Assembly (NCBI GenBank): GCA_963807605.1
Contig: CAWECG010000001.1
Span: 32,001 to 96,000 of the forward strand
Length of the DNA: 64,000 nucleotides
Reading direction: 5' to 3'
From: Candidatus Bathyarchaeota archaeon
Lineage (GTDB): Archaea > Thermoproteota > Bathyarchaeia > 40CM-2-53-6 > RBG-13-38-9
The notes beneath the pieces are model-generated. The model worked only from the letters and a program-made list of their open reading frames with translations, was not told the DNA's origin and ran no database searches. Below are positions 36,448-45,165 of the stretch, one piece after another (positions within the stretch are counted from its first letter, which is position 1; every line of letters begins with the position of its first letter). A program made the translations under genes and the position numbers.

Positions 36448-37302
36448 CTAGTCGTAGATAATGCCCTTCTCAATTATCTCCAATACTCTGAGTCCATCAT
36501 GGACTGATGGGCTAGGCGCCTTCTGCTCTCTTATACACTCGACAAAATACTCGAGTTCGAGTTGGAGAGGCATATGCCAATCGATAGGAACCTCTACGTT
36601 GTTCATGTATAGCCTCCATCGATTATTCTCAAAGTAGGCGAAGATATTGTCTTGAGCATAAGTGAGAACCCATCTCCTGATCTTGGGTCCGAGGCAATCA
36701 GATATCACTATGACCTCAACATCCCCGAATGTTGCCTCGACTTGGCTTAAGTAGAAGGCTTCCTTCGACCTTATCGTTACATTGTTTGGTTCACCGAGAT
36801 ACCACCTCAAGAGATCGAGATCGTGCACCGCCAAGTCTTTCAGAACTCCCGTGTTTTTTGCAACGAGTGTCGGTGAGCCCGATCTCTGGCAGAAGATCTT
36901 TCCCGGTCCTTGAAGTCCGCCGATAATTGAATGAAGCTTAACAAAAACCGGGTTGAATCTCTCTATGAACCCGACCATAGCGACTTGGTCTCTATGCGAA
37001 TCTGAAATCCTCACCAGTTCTCTTGCTTCTTTCAGACTTGTTGACATGGGTTTCTCGACTAGGACGTGTTTAGTAGATTCTAACGCGGAGATAGCAACCT
37101 CCGCCAGGCTATTGGCAGGAACGGCTATATCGACCGCATCGGCAATCTCCAGCAGTGATCCCAGAGACTTCTGAGCGAGCCTTCCTTCGTAGGCCGGATC
37201 ATAGATTCCAACAACTTCAGCTTCCGGAATCTTGCTCCAGCTCTCATAGTGCCTCTTGCCCCAACTTCCCAATCCGACAAGCCCAATCTTGATTATATTC
37301 AA
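36448..37302 (-). CDS. Gfo/Idh/MocA oxidoreductase
   Basis: GLGSWG, HVLVEKP, DLAVHDLD. Confidence 0.9.
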   Translation of the reverse strand: MNIIKIGLVGLGSWGKRHYESWSKIPEAEVVGIYDPAYEGRLAQKSLGSLLEIADAVDIAVPANSLAEVAISALESTKHVLVEKPMSTSLKEARELVRISDSHRDQVAMVGFIERFNPVFVKLHSIIGGLQGPGKIFCQRSGSPTLVAKNTGVLKDLAVHDLDLLRWYLGEPNNVTIRSKEAFYLSQVEATFGDVEVIVISDCLGPKIRRWVLTYAQDNIFAYFENNRWRLYMNNVEVPIDWHMPLQLELEYFVECIREQKAPSPSVHDGLRVLEIIEKGIIYD

Positions 37303-37847
37303 GCGACTTCCAAACCCTCTTTCCTTCTCCTATCTAATACGTATCGGATGGCCCGTTCGCCAAGAATCCTGTCATCAATCCCAAGCTTGAGCACCTCATC
37401 GCTCTTAACGTTGAGGCTGCACACGGCAACAACAGGGCCGTTCAGGCTCGCAAGGTACCTGTCTTTCTCAGCTACTTCTCTTATGCAAATGACCTTCCCG
37501 ACTCTTTCTTCGCGAAGTAGTCGAGAAGAGAATCCCTCAAAGATAATTGCATCAATCTTGTCGGCCCACAGATCAAAATCACTCAGATCGGTTTCATCAC
37601 CATTCTTCACCATTATGGCCTTCTCAGAATCCGAAACCGTTGAGACTATTCTGGCCCCCGCCTTCCAGTGTCTCCAAGTATCCGTACCTTCCTTATCTAG
37701 GGTGAATCCATTCTGGCTGACGTGCTTGACGGTCATGATTGATAGATCTTTGCTTGTCAGGAACTTTACGACTATCTCTACTGCAGTAGTCTTTCCTGAA
37801 GCCTTTCCACCTAGAACTGCCAGAGTAGGAATGATCGGTTTGAACAT
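37299..37847 (-). CDS. mobB: Molybdopterin-guanine dinucleotide biosynthesis protein B
   Basis: GGKASGKTT, VKH, DKEGTDTWRH, EGF. Confidence 0.88.
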   Translation of the reverse strand: MFKPIIPTLAVLGGKASGKTTAVEIVVKFLTSKDLSIMTVKHVSQNGFTLDKEGTDTWRHWKAGARIVSTVSDSEKAIMVKNGDETDLSDFDLWADKIDAIIFEGFSSRLLREERVGKVICIREVAEKDRYLASLNGPVVAVCSLNVKSDEVLKLGIDDRILGERAIRYVLDRRRKEGLEVA

Positions 37848-37921
37848 CTCGCATCCATCTTCGCTACTGTAGCTATCGAATCAAACATTGAAGGTAAAGA
37901 TTACGATCAGCCCGTCACGTT

Positions 37922-38173
37922 TGGTGGGGCCGAAGGGATTTTCATGGCCTCTGAGGCCATTTTGAACCCTCGACTTCCGCCACGTCTTTGTCTACGGGTT
38001 TCTTCCCGCGCTCCTGAAGTTCTTCATTCCTCGGTAGGTCAGCAAACCCTTATTCAGGTCTCTTCTGGAGCCCTTGGCGGTCGACTTCCAACAATCCTTG
38101 TTGGTTCGACTGTCGTCATCCCTGACTAGAATCCGTCGTGACATGCCCAGTAGCATGATCTATCTACGGCCCC
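37922..38173 (-). tRNA. tRNA-Trp(CCA) with five introns (10/11, 28/29, 37/38, 45/46, 59/60) and encoded CCA end
   Basis: Exons 38173-38164, 38130-38112, 38073-38065, 37999-37992, 37974-37961, 37938-37922 join to GGGGCCG UA GUCU AGUCAGGGA UGAC G ACGGG CUCCAGA CCCGU AGGUC GAGGG UUCAAAU CCCUU CGGCCCC A CCA (77 nt). Each junction follows BHB geometry. AT-rich TATA-like element at ~38208-38222. Confidence 0.9.
38000..38064 (-). ncRNA. Box C/D-like guide RNA within the 37/38 intron of tRNA-Trp (partly degenerate)
   Basis: GGGUUUG-CUGA (D') puts the +5 G opposite C39; C' AUGAAGA; guide CUUCAGGAGC faces GCUCCAGAAG around C34. Boxes C and D are poor matches. Confidence 0.55.
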
Positions 38174-38389
38174 TTTGGGATGATCGACCCCAACCAGATG
38201 ACCGCACTTAATTTAATTAAACTTTGCTGGGGACCTGAAGGAGCTCTAAACTATTTTGTCAAAGGATGAACGTCACGTTTTTTGGAGTTCATTGTTAAGA
38301 TGCGAGCCTCCGGCGTACTATTCAAAAGACTCGGAAAGACTTAATGCAACCATAAAGTCAATAGTGACGCCCAGACGGTCTGAAACAAG

Positions 38390-39928
38390 ATGATAAAACG
38401 CGAAGCCACGACAGAAGAAGCCATCACTCTTTCTAAGATGGACCTATTCTTCAATCCCAAGTCTGTGGCCGTGGTGGGCGCCTCTAGGCACCTCAACAAG
38501 GCGGGAAATGTAATCTTCTCGAACTTTGCAGAAAATAAGCGGCGTGGTATCTTCAAAGGTGACCTATACCCTGTAAACCCAACTGATGATAGCGTTCTCG
38601 GCTTCAAATGCTATCCATCATTGAAGAAAGTCCCCGCTGACGTAGAGTCAGCGGTCATAGTTGTTCCAGCTAAATTCGTTCCAGACGTTATGCGCGAAGC
38701 AGCGCAGAAGAGTGTCAGCGTAGCCGTCATAATCTCAGCCGGGTTCGGTGAGATCGGGAATCATCAGCTGGAAGATGAGGTTAAACAGATTGCCAAGACA
38801 GCCGGAATAAAAGTGCTTGGGCCAAACTGCCTAGGGGTCTTCGATTCCTATTCAGGCGTAGACATGTTGTTTCTGCCTGAAACGAAGGTAGTCGGCAGCG
38901 GGGATGTTATGGTCGCGACCCCAAGACCGATGCAAGGCATCATAGCGATGGTCAGTCAGAGTGGAGCCTTCGGAGCTGCCGCACTCGACTATCTCACCGG
39001 AAGAGAGATGGGGATAAGTAAGTTCGTCAGTTTCGGAAACAAGAGCGATGTTGGGGAACCTGAGATGCTCTATTACCTCGGTCAAGATGAAAAGACGAGA
39101 GTTATCCTTCTCTACGTGGAGAGCATCGATAAGGGAAGGCAATTCATGAACGTGGCCAAAGAAGTCACGAAGAGTAAACCTATAGTGGCGCTTAAGTCTG
39201 GAAGAACTAATGCAGGAGCGAGGGCGGCAGCATCACATACAGGAGCCATGAGCGGCACAAGTGCGATATATGATGCGGCTTTCTCTCAGGTTGGCATAAT
39301 AAAGTCCCTAAACATGATCGAGTTCTTCAACGTCGGGAAAGCCCTCGCATTCCAGCCTCCTGCAAGAGGTAAGAATATTGCGATCGTGACAGATGCAGGA
39401 GGACCAGGAGTCATGGCTGCAGATGAATGTGAGTCTCGTGGAATCAATGTCAAGGTGTTTTCAGACGAGACCCTTACAAAGTTTGAGGAGCTGAAAAGAG
39501 AAGGTGTTATCCCTCCATTTGTTCAGAATCGAAACCCGGTCGACCTTACCGGCTCAGCAACTTCTGAGATGTTTGAGAGCGCTATGAACATAGTTGTCGC
39601 GGATGAAGAGGTACATGGAGTAATTGTCGTTGGTATACATCACCTTCCGGCAATCCAAGAGGACTTCGTCGACCGTATAGGGAAAGTGTGTACTAAAACG
39701 TCAAAACCAATTGTAGCATGTGATATCGGTGAAACAGAGATGGCCCTGTACATCAGATCTCGCTTTGAGAAACTCGGTATCCCGGCCTATCCGGCTCCAG
39801 AGGACACAGCGCAGGCGATAGCTGCTTTAGTCGCCTACGGGAAATACCTTGATAACAACAATAACTTTGACGATTATCTGGATAGCTTCTTATCTTGGCA
39901 AGGGAAGAAGCCGCTCAATAGAACCTAA
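38390..39928 (+). CDS. acdA: ADP-forming acyl/acetyl-CoA synthetase alpha subunit
   Basis: FNPKSVAVVGAS, GPNCLG, SQSGA, AASHTG, NPVDLTG. Confidence 0.92.
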   Translation: MIKREATTEEAITLSKMDLFFNPKSVAVVGASRHLNKAGNVIFSNFAENKRRGIFKGDLYPVNPTDDSVLGFKCYPSLKKVPADVESAVIVVPAKFVPDVMREAAQKSVSVAVIISAGFGEIGNHQLEDEVKQIAKTAGIKVLGPNCLGVFDSYSGVDMLFLPETKVVGSGDVMVATPRPMQGIIAMVSQSGAFGAAALDYLTGREMGISKFVSFGNKSDVGEPEMLYYLGQDEKTRVILLYVESIDKGRQFMNVAKEVTKSKPIVALKSGRTNAGARAAASHTGAMSGTSAIYDAAFSQVGIIKSLNMIEFFNVGKALAFQPPARGKNIAIVTDAGGPGVMAADECESRGINVKVFSDETLTKFEELKREGVIPPFVQNRNPVDLTGSATSEMFESAMNIVVADEEVHGVIVVGIHHLPAIQEDFVDRIGKVCTKTSKPIVACDIGETEMALYIRSRFEKLGIPAYPAPEDTAQAIAALVAYGKYLDNNNNFDDYLDSFLSWQGKKPLNRT

Positions 39929-39934
39929 TCTGCT

Positions 39935-40225
39935 TCACTGCCTCTTATACACAAGGTCATCTTCTCTAACTTTTCCATTAACCTTCAGACCCACCGATTG
40001 ACCTGACTCGGCTGTCTCAACACTCTTGTGTTCCATCTCCATTGAATCAATCTTCTGCTCGAGGTTGGTCGTAGAACCCTTGATTACGATTGTATCGCTA
40101 ATCTTCAACTGCCCTTTCAAATGGATAACGGCAACTCCGATCTTTGAATAAAAGTGTGTAATTCTCCCTATCTCTATAAGGTCCTCCATAAAATCACCCT
40201 CCACTAAATTGTTTTTTGTACACAT
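39935..40225 (-). CDS. Small EF-Tu domain 2-like beta-barrel protein
   Basis: IGRITHFYSKIGVA...GQSVGLKV...VREDDLVY. Confidence 0.8.
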   Translation of the reverse strand: MCTKNNLVEGDFMEDLIEIGRITHFYSKIGVAVIHLKGQLKISDTIVIKGSTTNLEQKIDSMEMEHKSVETAESGQSVGLKVNGKVREDDLVYKRQ

Positions 40226-40393
40226 CTAAGACTTTCTAACGCAGGTAAACTAGTCCTAGCCCTTGAAGAGACTCGAACCGCGTCGCTAACTCATTCTATT
40301 TAGTCGATCCATGCGCCATTCTTTTATCATACTTGTCTTGGAGTATGAGGAGACGCCTTCAACTAAATTGTCCAAAGCTCAGCCCAAAGGTCG

Positions 40394-41911
40394 ATGATCA
40401 TGTCGGCTTTACGAGAAAACGAAACTAGAGTTCTGTCAACTATCAAGGAGTTTGGTCAGAGAGTGACTATCCCGGAGATTATTGATAGAACAGGCCTTCA
40501 GGATGCGGCTGTAATGCGGGCCGTTTTAGCTCTCTCAGAAAAAGATCTCGTCAACATTCGTGAGAGAACTACCCGATTGGTCCAGCTTAATCAAGAGGGG
40601 ACATCATACGCACAACTCGGACTTCCAGAATCCAGACTTGTCAAGGCAGTTCTCTCACTTGGAGGCGAAGCAAGCCTCAACGAGGCTATCTCAAAGGCCC
40701 ACCTAGGAGAGGACATCATCCCAATAGTCTTGGGCTGGATTCGCAGAAAACGTCTAGCTGAGATTCAAAGACGAGAAGGCCTGATCTACATAAGGAGCAG
40801 CGGACAAGTACAACAGGATCCGGATGAGGTAACTTTACGCGTCATATATGAGAAAGGCGAAGTTAACATTGAGGAACTGCCTCCTCAAATGAAAGAGACA
40901 GTATCACGGCTTAAGAGCCGCAACCTTCTAGAACTCCACGACAAAGTCTATCGAGAGGTAGAACTGACCTCCAAAGGTCTCCAGACCCAAGAGTTAGAGA
41001 CTAAGACTGCAAAAACCATCACCGCATTGACCGCAGAAATGATAACAAGTGGCGAATGGAGAGACGTCGAGCTAAGACAATACGATGTGAGTGCCTCACC
41101 TCCAACTATCTACCCGGGGAAGAAGAACGCATATGTAGAATTCATGGAAGAAGCCAGGCGGATTCTCCTCACAATGGGATTCGCAGAGCATGAAGGCCCA
41201 CTGGTTGAGGCTGAGTTCTGGAACTTCGACGTTCTATTCCAAGCTCAAGATCACCCAGCCCGCGAGATACATGACAGTTACATCCTCAGAAATCCCACCA
41301 CAGCAGATCTCGACGATGAAGAGTTAGTTGAGAGGGTGAGAAGAACTCATGAGAACGGCTGGAAAACTGGATCAACAGGATGGGGTTACACATGGAATCA
41401 AAAAATTGCTGAAAGACTCATCTTGCGAACCCAAACAACCGCTGTTTCGATGAGGTATCTATCCTCGCACAAAGATCCTCCAGTGAAGATGTTCTGTCTA
41501 TCAAAGGTCTTCAGGCCTGATGTTCTCGATGCAAAACACTCGATGGAGTTCACGCAACTAGAAGGCATAGTTGGCGATAGGGGAATCAACCTGCGTCATC
41601 TGCTAGGTTTTCTTGAGACGTTCGCTTCCGCCATGAGACTTGGCAAGATTAGATTCAAACCAGGATACTTTCCCTTTACAGAACCGAGTGTTGAGTCTTT
41701 TATCAAACATCCGACCCTTGGTTGGGTCGAGTTTGTCGGTGCCGGAATGTTTCGACCCGAAGTGCTGAAGCCTCTAGGTATTGATTTCCCAGTAATTGCG
41801 TGGGGCATAGGCTTCGATAGACTTGCAATGATCGCACTTGGTATCAACGACATTAGGGACTTGCACTCGAAAAGACTCGAATGGCTAAGAGAGAAGCCGA
41901 TTAGGTGGTGA
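40394..41911 (+). CDS. pheS: Phenylalanine-tRNA ligase alpha subunit
   Basis: FWNFDVLFQAQDHPAR, LRTQTT, YFPFTEPS, GAGMFRPE. Confidence 0.96.
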   Translation: MIMSALRENETRVLSTIKEFGQRVTIPEIIDRTGLQDAAVMRAVLALSEKDLVNIRERTTRLVQLNQEGTSYAQLGLPESRLVKAVLSLGGEASLNEAISKAHLGEDIIPIVLGWIRRKRLAEIQRREGLIYIRSSGQVQQDPDEVTLRVIYEKGEVNIEELPPQMKETVSRLKSRNLLELHDKVYREVELTSKGLQTQELETKTAKTITALTAEMITSGEWRDVELRQYDVSASPPTIYPGKKNAYVEFMEEARRILLTMGFAEHEGPLVEAEFWNFDVLFQAQDHPAREIHDSYILRNPTTADLDDEELVERVRRTHENGWKTGSTGWGYTWNQKIAERLILRTQTTAVSMRYLSSHKDPPVKMFCLSKVFRPDVLDAKHSMEFTQLEGIVGDRGINLRHLLGFLETFASAMRLGKIRFKPGYFPFTEPSVESFIKHPTLGWVEFVGAGMFRPEVLKPLGIDFPVIAWGIGFDRLAMIALGINDIRDLHSKRLEWLREKPIRW

Positions 41912-41915
41912 AAGG

Positions 41916-43616
41916 ACGCCGACTCTGAACGTGGGATACAACGATATCTGCAAACTGATAGGAAAAGAAATGCCAATTGAGCTTCTAGAGGAGAAACTAT
42001 TCCTAATGAAATGTGAAGTTGAGAATGTCTCTGGCGACGAGATGCTTTTGGAGGTAACCTCAGATAGGCCAGATCTCCTTTGCTCAGAGGGAATTGCCAG
42101 GGAATTGCGAGGCCTACTCGATGCAGAAACAGGCCTGATAAAGTACAAAACTGCTCCGGGGGACATGAGGGTTAACGTTGATCAGTCAATAAAGAGGATC
42201 CGACCGTATATCGCAGGGGCCATCGTCAGAAATCTAAGGCTCACAGACGATTCTGTCAGACAAATAATGCAGCTCCAGGAGAAACTCCATCTAACATACT
42301 GCAGAAACAGAACAAAAGTCTCAGTAGGAGTGCATGACGCAGACAAAGTGACACACAAGCTAACCTACGCTGGTATTGCTCCTGGCAAGATAAGGTTCAG
42401 ACCGTTGGGAGAAGAGAGGGAGATGAACGGGAGCCAGATACTTGAGTCTACCCCCAAAGGAAGGGAGTACGGATGGATAATCAAAGACTTTCCCGCGTAT
42501 CCCCTACTTTACGATTCGAATGGAAACATACTCTCTCTGCCTCCCATCATAAATGGTGTAGTGACGCAGGTCACGTCCGGAACCACCAATCTACTAATGG
42601 ATGTGACGGGAACGGATTTGAAACTCGTCAACTTCGTCAACAACATCATAGTCTCAACTCTAGCAGAGCGAGGGGGAGTAGTAGAGTCAGCGAACGTGAT
42701 GTATGGTAATCGAGAAATTCGAACACCCGATCTGAAACCATCTACGGCGTCACTGAACCTCTCATCCGCCAATGATATGTTAGGCCTAACTCTCAAGGTC
42801 AGCGATGTCGTTACCCTTCTTAAGAGAATGAGATACGGAGTCAAGTCAACCTCAAAGAGAGGTGTCACAGTCCTAGTCCCTCCCTATAGAGCTGACATAA
42901 TGCATGAAGCTGATCTAGTCGAGGATCTAGCTATCGCTTATGGGTACAATAAGCTTCAGCCTATAATGCCTTTTACAGCAACCATCGGCTCCGAGAGAGG
43001 AATAACGAAGTTGAGCAGGAAGATACGTGATTTGATGGTTGGGCTTGGCTTTATTGAGGTCTTGAATTACGTGATGACGAGCACGCAATTGATTTCAGAG
43101 AAGATGGGTACGCTTTCCGATGGCGTGGTGGAGGTGGCCAACCCATTAAGTTCGGACTTTGCCGTGCTGAGAAACTGGCTTCTACCAGGTTTACTCAGCT
43201 TCTTGAGCTGCAACAAGCATGTTCCGTATCCACAAAAAATCTTCGAGTGTGGAGACGTGGTCTTAGTAAGCGAAGTTATGCCTACGAAGAGTGTGGCAAA
43301 AAAAAGAGTTGGCGCGGTGACGTGCGACTATAAGACCAGTTACGAAGACATCCAAGCCTCGCTCTACAGTCTCTTAAAAAATGCGGGGAGCGATGATTGG
43401 CAGCCACAGAGAGTTGAGCATCCCTCCTTCATCAAGGGACGCGTTGCAGCAATCACGATCTCAGGTAAGGAAGTTGCTCTTCTCGGTGAGATACATCCAC
43501 AACTTCTGGAGAGGTTCGAAATAGAGAATCCAGTCACAGCGTTCGAGCTGGATCTCGAGGCCGCCTTCAAGAGTGTAGACTCTAACGCTGATTACGTGGC
43601 CTCGACGAGACAATAG
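41916..43616 (+). CDS. pheT: Phenylalanine-tRNA ligase beta subunit (probable ACG start at 41916; first canonical start GTG 41931)
   Basis: DRPDLL..EGIAR, LSLPPIING, PPYRADIMH, GEIHP. Confidence 0.95.
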   Translation, partial: TPTLNVGYNDICKLIGKEMPIELLEEKLFLMKCEVENVSGDEMLLEVTSDRPDLLCSEGIARELRGLLDAETGLIKYKTAPGDMRVNVDQSIKRIRPYIAGAIVRNLRLTDDSVRQIMQLQEKLHLTYCRNRTKVSVGVHDADKVTHKLTYAGIAPGKIRFRPLGEEREMNGSQILESTPKGREYGWIIKDFPAYPLLYDSNGNILSLPPIINGVVTQVTSGTTNLLMDVTGTDLKLVNFVNNIIVSTLAERGGVVESANVMYGNREIRTPDLKPSTASLNLSSANDMLGLTLKVSDVVTLLKRMRYGVKSTSKRGVTVLVPPYRADIMHEADLVEDLAIAYGYNKLQPIMPFTATIGSERGITKLSRKIRDLMVGLGFIEVLNYVMTSTQLISEKMGTLSDGVVEVANPLSSDFAVLRNWLLPGLLSFLSCNKHVPYPQKIFECGDVVLVSEVMPTKSVAKKRVGAVTCDYKTSYEDIQASLYSLLKNAGSDDWQPQRVEHPSFIKGRVAAITISGKEVALLGEIHPQLLERFEIENPVTAFELDLEAAFKSVDSNADYVASTRQ

Positions 43617-43680
43617 TGCAGAGATCTGATCCAAGTTTCATAGGCAGTTCTAATCGACGATGCGAAAAGGGTAGATTTCG

Positions 43681-44142
43681 TTGGATAAAATGCCAGTTAA
43701 GCCGATAGGATTTGTCAGAACTGAACTTGAAGAAGATGAACTAAGAAAGCGGCGCTACAATTCAGACTTGGTGATAAACCCCATTTATGAGGATGCTTTG
43801 GAAGGGATTGAGGGCTTCTCACATCTCAACATTGTTTTCTGGATGCACCATGTATCCAAGGAAGAGAGAAGCAATTTGAAGGTTCGACCGAGGGGTCGCC
43901 GAGATATGCCCCTGCTTGGTGTCTTCGCAACTAGGTCTCCACAACGTCCCAATCCGATTGGTTTGACACTTGTAGAGTTAATTGAACGGCGAGGAAATAT
44001 CGTGACCGTCAAAGGGCTCGACGCTATTGACGGCACCCCGATCTTGGATTTGAAACCATACGATGCATGGGATAGGGCTGAAAAGATACGAGTCCCAAGT
44101 TGGCGAAGGAGACTTGAGAGGGACGGCACTCACAAACAATAA
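43681..44142 (+). CDS. tsaA: TrmO/TsaA-like tRNA m6t6A methyltransferase
   Basis: GVFATRSPQRPNPIG, LDAIDGTPILDLKPY. Confidence 0.92.
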   Translation: MDKMPVKPIGFVRTELEEDELRKRRYNSDLVINPIYEDALEGIEGFSHLNIVFWMHHVSKEERSNLKVRPRGRRDMPLLGVFATRSPQRPNPIGLTLVELIERRGNIVTVKGLDAIDGTPILDLKPYDAWDRAEKIRVPSWRRRLERDGTHKQ

Positions 44143-44244
44143 GAGCATCTGGATCCGTCTCTTTCCAAAAGGCTTTTTTGTCGACTCCTAGCCTTTCGTA
44201 AGGATAAACGCCGGAATGAATAGCAACCCATAGAGTGATGAGAA

Positions 44245-45159
44245 TTGGACAAGACCGAGAAGATTTGGATGGATGGGAGGTTTGTTGACTGGGATGAGGC
44301 TAAGATACATGTGTTGACTCACGCATTACATTATGCCACCGCGGTTTTCGAAGGCATAAGATGCTACAACACAGTCAAAGGCCCAGCCGTCTTCAGGCTT
44401 AAAGATCACGTCAATCGCCTCTTCAACAGTGCAAAGATGCACATGATGAAGATACCTTACTCAACTGAGGAGATTACCAAAGCAATCAAGGATACTGTCA
44501 AAATCAATAAGATCAAGGAATGCTACATCAGACCAATCGTCTACTACGGATACGCTGAGATGGGCCTAAACCCGCGCAAGAATCCTGTCAACGTTGCAAT
44601 AGCAGCCTGGCCTTGGGGAACCTATCTCGGTGAGGACGGCCTAAAGAAGGGCGTCAGATGCAAGATATCATCTTGGATTCGTATCGATACTCGCACACTA
44701 CCCCCGTTGGCCAAATCTACTGCAAACTACTTGAATTCAGTATTTGCAAAACTGGAGGCACTCGATTGCGGCTACGATGAAGCCATACTGCTCAACATGG
44801 CAGGTCAAATCACAGAAGGCCCAGGTGAGAACATATTCATAGTCAAAGATGGTTGTCTAGTCACACCTCCAAGGAGCTCTGGAGCCCTGTACGGTTACAC
44901 CATGGACTCCGTCAAAGAATTGGCTGCAGACTCCGCCATTCCAGTTATGGAACGAGAAATTATTCGTGACGAACTGCTCATGGCAGATGAAGCCTTCTTT
45001 ACGGGAACAGCTGCAGAGCTAACTCCTATAAGGGAAGTCGATGGGCGGACAATCGGTTCGGGCTCTATAGGACCCATTACAAAGAGGTTACAAGATAGAT
45101 TCTTCAACGTCGTACGAGGCAAGGAATCCAGATACGAGAAATGGGTTGATCTGGTCTGA
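44245..45159 (+). CDS. ilvE: Branched-chain amino acid aminotransferase
   Basis: HALHYATAVFEGIR, YIRP, EGPGENIF, GTAAE. Confidence 0.95.
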   Translation: MDKTEKIWMDGRFVDWDEAKIHVLTHALHYATAVFEGIRCYNTVKGPAVFRLKDHVNRLFNSAKMHMMKIPYSTEEITKAIKDTVKINKIKECYIRPIVYYGYAEMGLNPRKNPVNVAIAAWPWGTYLGEDGLKKGVRCKISSWIRIDTRTLPPLAKSTANYLNSVFAKLEALDCGYDEAILLNMAGQITEGPGENIFIVKDGCLVTPPRSSGALYGYTMDSVKELAADSAIPVMEREIIRDELLMADEAFFTGTAAELTPIREVDGRTIGSGSIGPITKRLQDRFFNVVRGKESRYEKWVDLV

Positions 45160-45165
45160 GCGGAG

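Noticed and set aside
37249-37872. Long antisense ORFs from the ORF track (e.g. 37249-37872 +, 36-464 -, 47970-48458 +, 56615-57082 +)
   Set aside because: They are shadows of well-supported genes on the opposite strand and show no recognisable motifs.
37976-38080. Reading the tRNA as Val-like with a CCGCC/GGCGG anticodon stem
   Set aside because: No valid 7-nt loop with U33 can be built. The Trp model gives a perfect ACGGG/CCCGU stem, an AGGUC variable loop and BHB-consistent cuts.
37944-38129. 61-aa ORF on the + strand
   Set aside because: It lies entirely antisense to the tRNA-Trp gene.
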